In this document: in pieces, positions 10,291-19,995 of the stretch
Layout: each line of letters begins with the position of its first letter
How positions within the stretch are numbered: the stretch's first letter is position 1
From: an uncultured delta proteobacterium
GTDB taxonomy: Bacteria; Desulfobacterota; WTBG01
Length of the DNA stretch: 64,000 bases
Assembly (NCBI GenBank): GCA_963793865.1
Contig: CAWCBP010000008.1
Span: 416,001 to 480,000, forward strand
Direction: 5' to 3'
Notes under the pieces: generated by a model
Seen by the model: the letters and a program-made list of their open reading frames with translations, nothing else
What the model was told of the DNA's origin: nothing
The model's database searches: none
Made by a program: the position numbers and the translations under genes

Positions 10291-10346
10291 GGGGACGCCC
10301 TTAAATATCTAAAATTCTTGAAACTTAGATATTTAAGGGCGTCCCC
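10291..10346. repeat. 22-bp perfect inverted repeat between convergent relE and hisG (possible bidirectional terminator or REP-like element)
   Basis: GGGGACGCCCTTAAATATCTAA-N12-TTAGATATTTAAGGGCGTCCCC. Confidence 0.75.
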
Positions 10347-10375
10347 TTCTTTGGGCTCTTCGCTTTTGGTTTGCG

Positions 10376-11248
10376 TTAAATCACCTTGTTCAGGCTGTAT
10401 TCAATGATGCCCTCGGCGCCGCACTTTCGCAGCTTGGGTATCAGCTCTCTCACGGTAAATTCCGATATGATGGTTTCAACCGACATCCATTCCTGCTGAT
10501 AAAGGCTGGCCACGGTGGGGGCATTGAGGCTGGGAAGCAATGCAATTACCTGCTTCAGCTTGTTTTTGGGAACGTTCATTTTGAGTCCCACCATTCCGTC
10601 CGCCCGCAGCGCCCCCTGCAGCAGGAGGGAGATCTGTTCAATCTTTTCCAGTTTCCAGGGATCTTTCATTGATTTTTTGTTGGCAATCAGCTGGGTGTTG
10701 GTTTCCATCAGGTCCTTTATAATCCTGAGCCCATGGGCCTTGATGGTGCTGCCCGTTTCGGTTACCTCAACAATCGCGTCCGCCAGGCCCTCAACCACCT
10801 TTGCCTCGGTCGCGCCCCATGAAAACTCAACTTCAACATTGATACGCCGCTTGGCGAAATAGTCTTTGGTAAAATTTACCAGCTCGGTCGCAATTTTTTT
10901 GCCTTTCAAATCTTCCAGGCGCTTGATGGGGGAGCTGTCACGCACTGCCAGGACCCAGCGCGCCGGCTTCAGGCTTGCTTTTGAGTAAACAAGATCAGTG
11001 ATCACGGAAACATCCGACCTGTTTTCCATGATCCAGTCCTTGCCGGTCAGGCCCAGATCCAGGGTTCCATCTTCAACATAGCGTGACATCTCCTGTGCCC
11101 TGATCAGGGTGCAGGAGAGCGTATCATCGTTAACGTCCGGGAAATAGTTTCTGGAGCTGATGGATATCTTCCACCCTGATTTCTTGAAGAGTTCGATGGT
11201 TGCATTCTCAAGACTTCCTTTGGGAATGCCCAGCTTGAGTTTTTTCAT
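10376..11248 (-). CDS. hisG: ATP phosphoribosyltransferase (long form)
   Basis: [40 protein letters not shown]-terminal regulatory domain. Confidence 0.95.
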   Translation of the reverse strand: MKKLKLGIPKGSLENATIELFKKSGWKISISSRNYFPDVNDDTLSCTLIRAQEMSRYVEDGTLDLGLTGKDWIMENRSDVSVITDLVYSKASLKPARWVLAVRDSSPIKRLEDLKGKKIATELVNFTKDYFAKRRINVEVEFSWGATEAKVVEGLADAIVEVTETGSTIKAHGLRIIKDLMETNTQLIANKKSMKDPWKLEKIEQISLLLQGALRADGMVGLKMNVPKNKLKQVIALLPSLNAPTVASLYQQEWMSVETIISEFTVRELIPKLRKCGAEGIIEYSLNKVI

Positions 11249-11500
11249 TGTGTCTACCTCCCGGAAATGGCAATAGCGAAAGAAGATCTTTGTTCTATAA
11301 CTTGTGGTATTTCATTAACATTGTACTGATGGTGCGTCAAGCTGAAAAGGCTCACCAAAGATTGTCGATCAGCTCATACATATACAAATCTGATAATTTT
11401 TTCTCAGAGACGTTGGCAACCGGTAGGAGCGACTTAAAGCGGCGAATATATCGCGTCTGAAGGCGCTCCTCCCGACAGTTCAGATATCTTTGGCTGGTTT

Positions 11501-12034
11501 TTATTCGCAGTCGCAACCCTTAATCAGCGCAAGGCCCTTTCTGTAGCGGCCCGCAAGTTCCTGGTAGTGCTGCAGTCCGGCGGAAAATTTCTCCTTACCC
11601 TCCTCGTCGATTGCTTTTACGATCCGTCCCGGATTGCCGACCATGATTTTCCCCGCGGGAATGGTAACCCCTTCCCTGACAAGTGTTGCGGCTCCGATGA
11701 CCGCTTCTTCCTCGGCAATCACCCCGTTCATAAGCAGCGCGCCCATTCCCACCATCACCCGGGATTTTAAAACCACGTCATGGATAATGGCACCGTGGCC
11801 TACGATAATATCGTCGCCAATGACAACCTTCCTGTCAGCATGAACCACGCAATTGTCCTGGATGCTGGTACCCCTTCCTATTTCAATCACGCCGCAATCG
11901 CCCCGAAGCACGGCGCCCGGGCCGATAAAACAGCCACTCCCGATGGTGACCGCCCCGATGACGGTGGCGCAGGGATGGACATAGGCATCATCGGCGATCT
12001 GCGGTGTTTTCCCTTCAAATGCATAGAGTGACAT
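11501..12034 (-). CDS. Gamma carbonic anhydrase / PaaY-like hexapeptide protein
   Basis: AVLRGD, IQDNCVVH, VGHGAIIH, hexapeptide repeats; GGAGG RBS before ATG 12034. Confidence 0.9.
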   Translation of the reverse strand: MSLYAFEGKTPQIADDAYVHPCATVIGAVTIGSGCFIGPGAVLRGDCGVIEIGRGTSIQDNCVVHADRKVVIGDDIIVGHGAIIHDVVLKSRVMVGMGALLMNGVIAEEEAVIGAATLVREGVTIPAGKIMVGNPGRIVKAIDEEGKEKFSAGLQHYQELAGRYRKGLALIKGCDCE

Positions 12035-12275
12035 GTTTGGACCTCCTTTACCGAAAACACGCTCCATGATTATGCTTATGCTGACTTGTCTTTTTTAACA
12101 CGGCACTATATGTCGCAACGGTGATGCTGTCAATACCGGTTCTTCCCCTTAAGGGTTGCGCATGGTTTACTCACCTGCTGTTCTGTGGTATAGGGATCAG
12201 TGTGGATTTTTTCCGGAGCACCCGATGAGCATGTGATCCTTAAAATAGGATGCAGTGCATCGCAGGTAGACACTG

Positions 12276-13013
12276 ATGAAAAATATAAAAATGGTCATTG
12301 CCTATGACGGTGGCAACTATAATGGATGGCAGCTCCAGAAGACAGGTGCCACCATTCAAGGTGTCCTCGAGGCGGCGCTGGGACAAATTCTGAACCGGCA
12401 GACCAGGGTGATCGGCTCGGGGCGGACCGATGCGGGGGTGCATGCGCTCAACCAGGTCGCACATTTTATTACCGAAACCACCCTTGATCTGACATCGCTG
12501 CACCGGGGCTTAAACAGCCTGCTGCCGCCGGATGTGGTGGTAAAGGAGATGAACGAGGCCCCGCCTGATTTTCATGCCCGCTTCAGTGCGCGGAGCAGGG
12601 TCTATCAGTACTTCATCTGGAACAACCGTACGCGCTCACCGTTTTACGGGCGCTACTCCTGGCAGGTGCACGACCATCTGGATAGCGATGCGATGAGCCA
12701 TGCCTCCGGGTGTCTTATGGGGTGGCATGACTTTGCCTCTTTTCAGGGAACCGGCAGCGTCTGCAAGACCAGTGAGCGGGAGGTGATGCGATGTGCCATC
12801 AGGGGGAGGGCGGGGAGATGGATCATATTTACCGTCGAGGCCAACGCCTTTCTCAGGCATATGGTTCGCAGCATAGTCGGCACCCTGGTTGAGGTGGGAA
12901 GGGGCCGCATGACTTCGGAAGAGTTCAGGGCGATTCTCGAAGCCGGGGACAGAAGCCGCGCGGGCGTTACGGCTCCGCCCCAGGGGCTGTTTCTCAAGCA
13001 CGTGAAGTATTAG
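12276..13013 (+). CDS. truA: tRNA pseudouridine(38-40) synthase
   Basis: YDGGNYNGWQ, GSGRTDAGVHA, FHARFSA, FLRHMVR, TAPPQGLFL. Confidence 0.96.
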   Translation: MKNIKMVIAYDGGNYNGWQLQKTGATIQGVLEAALGQILNRQTRVIGSGRTDAGVHALNQVAHFITETTLDLTSLHRGLNSLLPPDVVVKEMNEAPPDFHARFSARSRVYQYFIWNNRTRSPFYGRYSWQVHDHLDSDAMSHASGCLMGWHDFASFQGTGSVCKTSEREVMRCAIRGRAGRWIIFTVEANAFLRHMVRSIVGTLVEVGRGRMTSEEFRAILEAGDRSRAGVTAPPQGLFLKHVKY

Positions 13014-13138
13014 CAGGCTGGTGAAAAACACCCATCTGCTGCGTTACGCTCATCCTTCGTCATTGCAGCGTACCGGAATGTACGCCTCATTCCTCAGGAT
13101 TTCGCGTGCCTTGCATCTGGATGTTTTTGACCAGCCTG
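13014..13138. mobile_element. 125-bp MITE-like element, copy 1
   Basis: Terminal inverted repeats CAGGCTGGTGAAAAAC...GTTTTTGACCAGCCTG; near-identical copy at 18527-18651. Confidence 0.8.
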
Positions 13139-13234
13139 GGGAAAACCAATTTTTCAACAACCAGTTAGAGTCAAAAGTCAGCAGCCTGTAAAATTTAATC
13201 TGTGCTCACACATATTCATACAGGAGGTGGAACA

Positions 13235-13579
13235 ATGTATCAAAAATATCTTATTGCGTGTGCAGCCTGCGTCCTGGCCCTGTGTTTTGCCGCCTGCACG
13301 CAGGAGTCACAGAATCGCATCAGCCGCAGCATACAGAACTGGACCGGCACAGACGGCGTGCTTGATGTCTATGCGGGCGACAAGCTCATGAAGCGGTTTA
13401 TCAAGATTGATAAAATGTCGACCGCACTCGGCACCGGTGACGGGGATGCCCGCTCATACCGCTACGGCTACGGGCATATCGACGCGAATTTCAATTTGCA
13501 GGTCGACCCGGGGGAAAAGAAGACCTACTTCGAGGTGAGCGATTTTTCCACCTACATTTTTTATGAAAATCCACTGTGA
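13235..13579 (+). CDS. Hypothetical lipoprotein
   Basis: AGGAGG RBS; hydrophobic signal ending in lipobox-like FAAC. Confidence 0.7.
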   Translation: MYQKYLIACAACVLALCFAACTQESQNRISRSIQNWTGTDGVLDVYAGDKLMKRFIKIDKMSTALGTGDGDARSYRYGYGHIDANFNLQVDPGEKKTYFEVSDFSTYIFYENPL

Positions 13580-13635
13580 GGCAGGAAAAAGGTAAAAAGT
13601 GGGATGTGGGATCCCACAACTTCTTCCTCCCTCCT

Positions 13636-14364
13636 CTACCTTCCTTCTGCGAGCCGCGAGGCCAGAAAGGTCGGAAGCCCCGCGGCAACGATCTTTCCGC
13701 TGGGTGCTCTTGATGTCATAGGAAACCCGTTTAGAGTGAAGGAGCCTTCCTCGGGTCTATAAATGACGTATGCAGCACGCGGATCTCCGTCACGGGGCTG
13801 GCCGACGCTGCCGACATTGATAAGATATCGGTGTGACTCAAGCAGGGTGAAGGTCGAGTCCCAAATAACCGAGATGGTGCCCTCTTTATCCTGAGCAAAG
13901 ACTATGGGGTAATGCGAATGGCCGGTGAGGCATACCTGCTGATCGAAATGGTGGAAGCTCATTGCGGCATCGTCCGGGGAAAAAATATAGTCCCAGGACT
14001 CCGGCTGGCAGGGGGTGGCGTGTACCAGCAGCATGCCGGGCAGGCACAAGGTCAGAGGCAGTCCCTTGAGATAAGCCGAATGATCGGCGGTAATGATACC
14101 TGCAGTCCATTCCACGGCAGCCCGGGCCTCAGGGTTAAAGCAACTGGTGTCGGCCAATCCTGCCACCGCCCAATCGTGATTGCCGGCCACCACATGGGAG
14201 GTGAGACCGCGAAGCGTCTCGATACACTGGTCGGGATCGGCGGCATATCCAACAACGTCACCGAGGCACAGAACCTGATCAACCCGCTCATGTGCCATGT
14301 CCTTCAGCACCGCCTGGAACGATTCAAGGTTACTGTGTATGTCCGAGAGGATGATTATGCTCAT
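13636..14364 (-). CDS. Metallophosphoesterase (calcineurin-like) with compensating indels near the C-terminus
   Basis: SDIHSN, LGDVVGY, GNHD, GHSH, INVGSVGQPRDGD; shifted frame at ~13695-13733 restores RVSYDI. Confidence 0.88.
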   Translation of the reverse strand: MSIIILSDIHSNLESFQAVLKDMAHERVDQVLCLGDVVGYAADPDQCIETLRGLTSHVVAGNHDWAVAGLADTSCFNPEARAAVEWTAGIITADHSAYLKGLPLTLCLPGMLLVHATPCQPESWDYIFSPDDAAMSFHHFDQQVCLTGHSHYPIVFAQDKEGTISVIWDSTFTLLESHRYLINVGSVGQPRDGDPRAAYVIYRPEEGSFTLNGFPMTSRAPSGKIVAAGLPTFLASRLAEGR

Positions 14365-14580
14365 AATGATTGTAGCTCTATCATTCCATTTAAGGAAAAT
14401 TTACATTTAAACGTAAGGTAAGTCAACCGCGACTTGGGAAACTCGCACATCGCACTCACGGCCCTTGAAGGACACAAGTTGAAGCTACTTTCAATGAAGC
14501 CGGGGGATATGGCAATGAACGAGTAATATTGATGCCAATGTGAACGGTCAGATATATAGTTACCAATTAAAAATAAACTT

Positions 14581-14658
14581 ATAATAAGAGGGACTTGATC
14601 CACACGCCTCCCCTTTCTCATCATCCCCACTGGCCAATATGCCGGTGGGGAGTTTTTT
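14581..14658 (+). ncRNA. Candidate small RNA copy 1 (CU-rich motif plus intrinsic terminator)
   Basis: ~78-nt imperfect direct repeat of 15152-15227; hairpin CCCCACTGGC/GCCGGTGGGG followed by a T-run. Confidence 0.4.
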
Positions 14659-14716
14659 AATGGACAGATTTTGAGACTCTGGTATAAAGGGAGTATAGTT
14701 AGTGTTCCTATAAGGA

Positions 14717-15088
14717 GTGATTATGAAAAAAATATTGCTGATTACAATTCTATTTCTTGGTTTTATGCCCAATAGTCTAAAGGCTGATACCTATTTGATT
14801 TATCAGCGTTATAATTGCCAAGAGTTTCAAACCCATTTGAGCTTTGAAGATGATGGCAGTCTTACTATATTGACGAACGATGGTGTTTCTAGGGGGAATT
14901 ATGAGCAATATGGGATATTTTTTAAAGCGGAGTGTTCAGGGTTCAACAAGCAAGGTAATTTTGCGTGTTGGTCTTATATCGGCTTTTTTATGCAACCGTT
15001 TATTTTTGGACTTGAGAATGATTATCTAACTTGTGACTCAAAAATAACAGTATTTAGGACCCGCTTTTGGGGATATCTATTGTATTGA
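14717..15088 (+). CDS. AT-rich hypothetical secreted protein
   Basis: AAGGAG RBS, MKKILLITILFLG signal peptide; visibly lower GC than neighbouring genes. Confidence 0.6.
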   Translation: MIMKKILLITILFLGFMPNSLKADTYLIYQRYNCQEFQTHLSFEDDGSLTILTNDGVSRGNYEQYGIFFKAECSGFNKQGNFACWSYIGFFMQPFIFGLENDYLTCDSKITVFRTRFWGYLLY

Positions 15089-15151
15089 AGAAGTCTTCAT
15101 TGTCACTCTCTTACATCTAACGACAGGCTTATAAGCACTGAAGAGAAAACC

Positions 15152-15227
15152 ATAACAAGAGGGACTTGTACCCGATTCTCCTTTCTCATCATCCCCACCA
15201 GCCCGCACGCTGATGGGGAGTTTTTTT
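15152..15227 (+). ncRNA. Candidate small RNA copy 2
   Basis: ATAACAAGAGGGACTTG...CCTTTCTCATCATCCCCACCAGC-N6-GCTGATGGGGAG-T7. Confidence 0.4.
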
Positions 15228-15448
15228 GTGAAATATGATTTCCGCACGTTCAGCGCTAAACGTGCGGATTTTTGTCAAGAGCAGCAGGGGTTTCGGCCGC
15301 AGTGCCCGTGTGGAACTGAATGAAAAAACATTGATTTTTTTCGGAGGTTCATATATTGATAGTACACTTTCCACCTGTTGATGAACCAACCGGCGCTGTG
15401 CCGGCTTTTACTAAGCAGGTTTCCCTGCGCTTATTTTGAGGTGATGAC

Positions 15449-16534
15449 TTGAAGAAACAAAGTGATCTTGACGGGCTGCGCAATGAGATTGACCGGATCA
15501 ATGGGGAGATCTTGAAGCTCCTCAACCGGCGCGCTGAGCTGGCCATAGAGGTCGGCAAGGTCAAGCGGGAGATGAAAAGCGACTTCCATGTGCTTGACCG
15601 TGAGCATAAAATCTATCAAAAACTTGAGAAGATGAACAAGGGTCCTTTTCCCAACAGCGCCATCCGCCCGGTGTTCAGGGAAATAATCTCAGCGTCCCTG
15701 TCCCTCGAGCATGAGCTGCGCGTCGTATACCTCGGGCCCGAGGCCACCTTCTCTCATCTTGCCGCCATCAAGCAGTTCGGACAGTCGGCAACATTTGTGC
15801 AGAGCAGGAGCCTGAGGGACATTTTTACCATGGTGGAGCACGATGAATACGATTACGGCGTGGTGCCCATAGAAAACACCACCGAGGGTGTGGTGAATCC
15901 CACCCTGGACATGTTTATTGATTCGCCGCTTAAAATCGCCGCCGAGATTCTCCTGGTGGTTTCCCATCACCTCTTATCAAAGAAGGGGACGCTGCAGGGG
16001 ATCAAGGAGATCCATTCCCATGCCCAGGCCATCGCCCAGTGCAACGGCTGGCTGGAGCGGAATGTGCCCACCATCCCCGCGGTGGAGGTGTTCAGCACCG
16101 CCAAGGCCGCCGAGACCGCGGCGCACAATCCCCGGGTGGCTGCCATTGCCGGCGAATTTGCCGCGAACTTTTACGGCCTCAAGCCCATCTATAAAAATAT
16201 TGAGGACAATGACAAAAACATCACCCGCTTCTGGGTGATCAGCAAGCGGCCCACCGGACCCACCGGCGAGGATAAAACCTCGATCATGCTGTCCATCAAG
16301 GACGGGGTGGGGGCCCTGCACAAGACGCTGCAGCCCTTTGCGCGGCACCGGATTAACATGACCAAGATTGAATCGCGTCCCTTCCGGCAGCGGCCCTGGG
16401 AGTACATCTTCTTCATTGATATCGAAGGTAATGCGGAGGATCCCGGTGTAAAAAAGGCGCTGGCGGCAGTGAAGCCGACGGTCCAGTTTTTGAAAATTCT
16501 CGGCTCGTATCCCCGGAGCGAGTCAAAGACCTGA
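15449..16534 (+). CDS. pheA: Chorismate mutase / prephenate dehydratase (P-protein)
   Basis: N-terminal CM domain, YLGPEATFSH, VPIENTTEG, NITRF, ACT domain KIESRP. Confidence 0.95.
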   Translation: MKKQSDLDGLRNEIDRINGEILKLLNRRAELAIEVGKVKREMKSDFHVLDREHKIYQKLEKMNKGPFPNSAIRPVFREIISASLSLEHELRVVYLGPEATFSHLAAIKQFGQSATFVQSRSLRDIFTMVEHDEYDYGVVPIENTTEGVVNPTLDMFIDSPLKIAAEILLVVSHHLLSKKGTLQGIKEIHSHAQAIAQCNGWLERNVPTIPAVEVFSTAKAAETAAHNPRVAAIAGEFAANFYGLKPIYKNIEDNDKNITRFWVISKRPTGPTGEDKTSIMLSIKDGVGALHKTLQPFARHRINMTKIESRPFRQRPWEYIFFIDIEGNAEDPGVKKALAAVKPTVQFLKILGSYPRSESKT

Positions 16535-16540
16535 GCAAAG

Positions 16541-17638
16541 ATGAAACCTCTTGTCAAAGAGTGCATCGCCCGAATACCTGCCTATAAGCCCGGAAAGCCC
16601 ATCGAAGAGCTTGAGAGGGAGCTGGGCATTACCGGGGCGATAAAGCTGGCCTCCAATGAAAACCCGCTGGGGCCGTCCCCGAAGGCCATGGATGCCATCA
16701 GGGAATCGTTGTCCGGGATACACCGCTATCCCGATACGCACGCGTTTTACCTGAAAGAGAAATTGGCCCGGAAGCTCGGGTTCGCGCCGGACAGCATTAT
16801 CATGGGTAACGGTTCGGATGAGATTATCCACATGATTGCCCAGACCTTTCTCCTGCCGGGCGAGGAGGTCATCATGGGTGATCCGACCTTTTCCTTTTAC
16901 CGGATCGTGGTCGCGGCAGCCGGGGCAACAGAGGTGCCGGTCCCGCTTAAGAATTTTTCCTATGATCTGTCCGCCATGGCCGGCGCTGTTTCTGAAAGAA
17001 CAAAGCTGATTTTTATAAATACCCCGATCAATCCCACCGGCACCATCATTCATAAGGATGACTTCGAAACGTTCCTGGGGAAGATACCGGCGGATGTGAT
17101 CCTGGTCATGGATGAGGCGTACGTAGAGTATGTTACGGACAGCTCATATCCTGATACCTTGAAGTATGTGGGTCCCGGGAAAAAAATGGTGGTTCTGCGC
17201 ACCTTTTCAAAAATATACGGCCTCGCCGGTCTGCGGATCGGATACGGCATTGCCGACCCCTCCCTTATTTCATGCCTGCATAAAATAAGGGGTCCCTTTA
17301 ATACCAACCTTCTGGCGCAGAAGGCGGCCGCGGCCGCGCTTGACGACGACGAGCATGTGAAGCGGTCGCTTGCCGTTAATCAGGAGGGGCTGCGCTATTT
17401 GTACGGTGAGATTGACAAGCTGGGCATGGAGTGCCTCCCCACCCAGGCTAATTTTTTCCTGGTCAGGATAGGGGAGAAGGCGGGGCGCCTCTATGAGGCG
17501 CTGCTCCATGAAGGGGTAATTGTTCGCCACATGTCGGGCGGCGCGCTGGAACAGTACCTGCGGATCACCGTGGGCCTGCCGTCGGAGAATGAAAGGCTGG
17601 TCAGGGCATTACAGAAGGTGCTCGCTGATTTATCGTAA
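16541..17638 (+). CDS. hisC: Histidinol-phosphate aminotransferase
   Basis: KLASNENPLG, GNGSDE, DEAY, RTFSKIYGLAGLRIGY. Confidence 0.93.
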   Translation: MKPLVKECIARIPAYKPGKPIEELERELGITGAIKLASNENPLGPSPKAMDAIRESLSGIHRYPDTHAFYLKEKLARKLGFAPDSIIMGNGSDEIIHMIAQTFLLPGEEVIMGDPTFSFYRIVVAAAGATEVPVPLKNFSYDLSAMAGAVSERTKLIFINTPINPTGTIIHKDDFETFLGKIPADVILVMDEAYVEYVTDSSYPDTLKYVGPGKKMVVLRTFSKIYGLAGLRIGYGIADPSLISCLHKIRGPFNTNLLAQKAAAAALDDDEHVKRSLAVNQEGLRYLYGEIDKLGMECLPTQANFFLVRIGEKAGRLYEALLHEGVIVRHMSGGALEQYLRITVGLPSENERLVRALQKVLADLS

Positions 17639-17658
17639 TCATAAGGAGATTGCGCTTC

Positions 17659-18522
17659 ATGAGTCTGCTGTTTGAAAAGATGGCCGTGGTGGGGGTGGGA
17701 TTGATCGGCGGGTCTCTCGCCCAGGCGGTCAAGCAGCGCAAGGTGGTTGGTGAAGTCCTGGGGATCGGCCGGGACGCACGGCGCCTGGAACAGGCAAAGG
17801 AGCGGGGAATTATAGATGCCTATGCCGCCTGCATTGATGAAACACTTGCCACAGCGGACCTGATCGTTGTTGCCACGCCGGTCGGGCTTATCGTTGACCT
17901 CATACAAGAGATGGTCCCCTTTCTCAAGGAAGGCACGATTATTACCGACGCCGGCAGCGTGAAAACCGCCATCGTGCGGCAGGCTGAATCGTGCGTTCCC
18001 GGCACGCTCTTCTTTGTCGGCAGCCATCCCATTGCCGGAACCGAGAATTCAGGGTTTGAAAGCTCCTTCCCGGCACTTTTCAATGACCGGAAGTGCATCA
18101 TTACCCCGGTCGCCGGCACAAACCAGGCGGCGCTGGAAAAGGTCAAGGGGCTCTGGTCGGCGGTTGGCGCCAATGTGGTGTGCATGGACTGCGAGGAGCA
18201 CGACCGGATTTTCGCCGCGGTGAGCCATCTCCCGCACCTGGTTGCCTACAGCATGGTCAACTGCCTGCTGACCATCGACGGGTTTGAGGAAAATATTTTT
18301 TCCTTTTCCGCCGGCGGGTTCAAGGACTTCAGCCGCATTGCCGCAAGCCATCCCGAAATGTGGAAGGATATCGTTTTGATGAATAAGGACAAGCTGCTTC
18401 CCGCCCTTACCGTATTCCAGAATTACGTAAGCGAGCTAAAAGCAGCCGTCGAGCGGGGCGATGCCGACAAACTGCTTTCCGAGTTTACCAGGGCGCGGAC
18501 ATTTAGAAGGCTGCTCAAGTAG
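17659..18522 (+). CDS. tyrA: Prephenate/arogenate dehydrogenase
   Basis: GVGLIGGS, TDAGSVK, HPIAGTE, HDRIFAAVSHLPH, RIAAS. Confidence 0.93.
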   Translation: MSLLFEKMAVVGVGLIGGSLAQAVKQRKVVGEVLGIGRDARRLEQAKERGIIDAYAACIDETLATADLIVVATPVGLIVDLIQEMVPFLKEGTIITDAGSVKTAIVRQAESCVPGTLFFVGSHPIAGTENSGFESSFPALFNDRKCIITPVAGTNQAALEKVKGLWSAVGANVVCMDCEEHDRIFAAVSHLPHLVAYSMVNCLLTIDGFEENIFSFSAGGFKDFSRIAASHPEMWKDIVLMNKDKLLPALTVFQNYVSELKAAVERGDADKLLSEFTRARTFRRLLK

Positions 18523-18526
18523 CAAG

Positions 18527-18651
18527 CAGGCTGTTGAAAAACGCCCATTTGCTGCGTTACGCTCATCCTTCGTCATTGCAGCGTACTTGCATGTACGCCT
18601 CATTCCTCAGGATTTCGCGTGCCTTGCATCTGGATGTTTTTGAACAGCCTG
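18527..18651. mobile_element. 125-bp MITE-like element, copy 2
   Basis: CAGGCTGTTGAAAAAC...GTTTTTGAACAGCCTG followed by CTAG; isolated left ends also at 22314 and 39220. Confidence 0.8.
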
Positions 18652-18780
18652 CTAGGACGGAGTGCCGCCGGCTGCTTTTTAGCTTGACACCGATTTTATC
18701 ACTGATTAGTATTGCGCTCGGCCGGTATAGAGAGCCGGCCTTTTTTACAGTAATATGCAACACAGGTTTTTTAGATTGAT

Positions 18781-18919
18781 GTCACCCTGAACCCTTCGAT
18801 TCCACTCAGGGTAAACTCCTTGAAGGGTCTCACATATTGAACACGAAAACCGGTAGAGGCAACCGGCCGGTTGCCCCTACATTTGTACTGAGATTCTTCG
18901 GCTGACGCCTCAGAATGAC
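18781..18919. repeat. GTCA...TGAC-bounded palindromic repeat with a nested GTAG REP; related elements at ~653-725, ~3277-3343, ~36206-36249, ~58904-58993
   Basis: GTCACCCTGAAC...GGGTCTC and GAGATTCTTCGG...CAGAATGAC halves with internal hairpins. Confidence 0.6.
18853..18880. repeat. 28-bp GTAG REP palindrome family; 7 copies at 18853, 23859, 24124, 25770, 33666, 59573, 62921
   Basis: Consensus GTAGGGGCGACCGGCCGGTCGCCCCTAC; all between genes or at gene ends. Confidence 0.9.
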
Positions 18920-19050
18920 AGACAAGGGACACAGGGTGACAAGAGAATTACTAAGGATATCAGGATCATTTGATTTGTCATTCTGAGTGGAACGAAGGAT
19001 CTTGTCTCTGCCGGCATGTCCGGGTTCATCTGTTTTATTAAGGGTTCTGT

Positions 19051-19995
19051 ATGATCGAAGTCACCAACCTCACCAAGTACTATGGAGAAGTCAGGGGGAT
19101 AGACAATATTTCCTTCTCTATCGGGCGGGGTGAGATTGCGGGTTTGCTCGGGCCCAACGGGTCAGGCAAGACAACCACCATGCGCATCCTGACCTGCTTT
19201 TTCCCTCCCACCCGGGGGAGCGCCAGGGTCGCGGGATACGATGTGGTCACCCAGCCCATCGAAGTGCGCCGTAGAATCGGATATGTGCCGGAAACCGTCC
19301 CACTCTATCCGGACATGAAGGTGGCGGGCTACCTGAACTTTGTCGCCGAGGCCAAGCGGATGAATGTGCGCCAGAGGAAGGCCAGAATCGGCGCCATCAT
19401 GGAGCAGTGCGGTCTGGTGGAGGTCGCGCACCGGCTGGTGGGAAACCTGTCCAAGGGATTCCGACAGCGCGTCGGCCTGGCCCAGGCGCTGATCAATGAC
19501 CCCGAGGTGCTCATCCTCGACGAGCCCACCATCGGGCTTGATCCAAGGCAGGTGGCGGAGATCCGCGAATTCATCAAGAGCCTCGCCGGAGAGCGCACCA
19601 TTATCCTGAGCACCCATATTCTTCCCGAAGTGAGCATGACCTGCGAGCGCGTCATCATCATTCACGAGGGTCAGATTGCGGCGGTGGACACGCCTGACAA
19701 TCTGATGAAAAAACTTCAGAAGACCTCGAAAACGGTGGTGCTGATAAAAGGTCCCGGCGGGAGCATCCGGGAAAAGCTGGAGATGCTTCCCGGTGTAATC
19801 AGCATAGAAGACAGGGGGGAAACATCCCCCGGCGTGTGCTGCTTCGAGGTGGAGGCGGAGAAGGAGAGCGAGATCAGCGGTGAGCTGGCCCAGATGGTGT
19901 ACCTCAACAGCTGGAAGCTGGTTGAGATGAGGACTGAAAAAATGAGCCTGGAAAAGATCTTTATTGAGCTGACCCGGGAAGAGAGCGGATCCTAG
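19051..19995 (+). CDS. ABC transporter ATP-binding protein (GldA-like)
   Basis: GPNGSGKTT, LSKGFRQR, LILDEPT, STH. Confidence 0.93.
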   Translation: MIEVTNLTKYYGEVRGIDNISFSIGRGEIAGLLGPNGSGKTTTMRILTCFFPPTRGSARVAGYDVVTQPIEVRRRIGYVPETVPLYPDMKVAGYLNFVAEAKRMNVRQRKARIGAIMEQCGLVEVAHRLVGNLSKGFRQRVGLAQALINDPEVLILDEPTIGLDPRQVAEIREFIKSLAGERTIILSTHILPEVSMTCERVIIIHEGQIAAVDTPDNLMKKLQKTSKTVVLIKGPGGSIREKLEMLPGVISIEDRGETSPGVCCFEVEAEKESEISGELAQMVYLNSWKLVEMRTEKMSLEKIFIELTREESGS

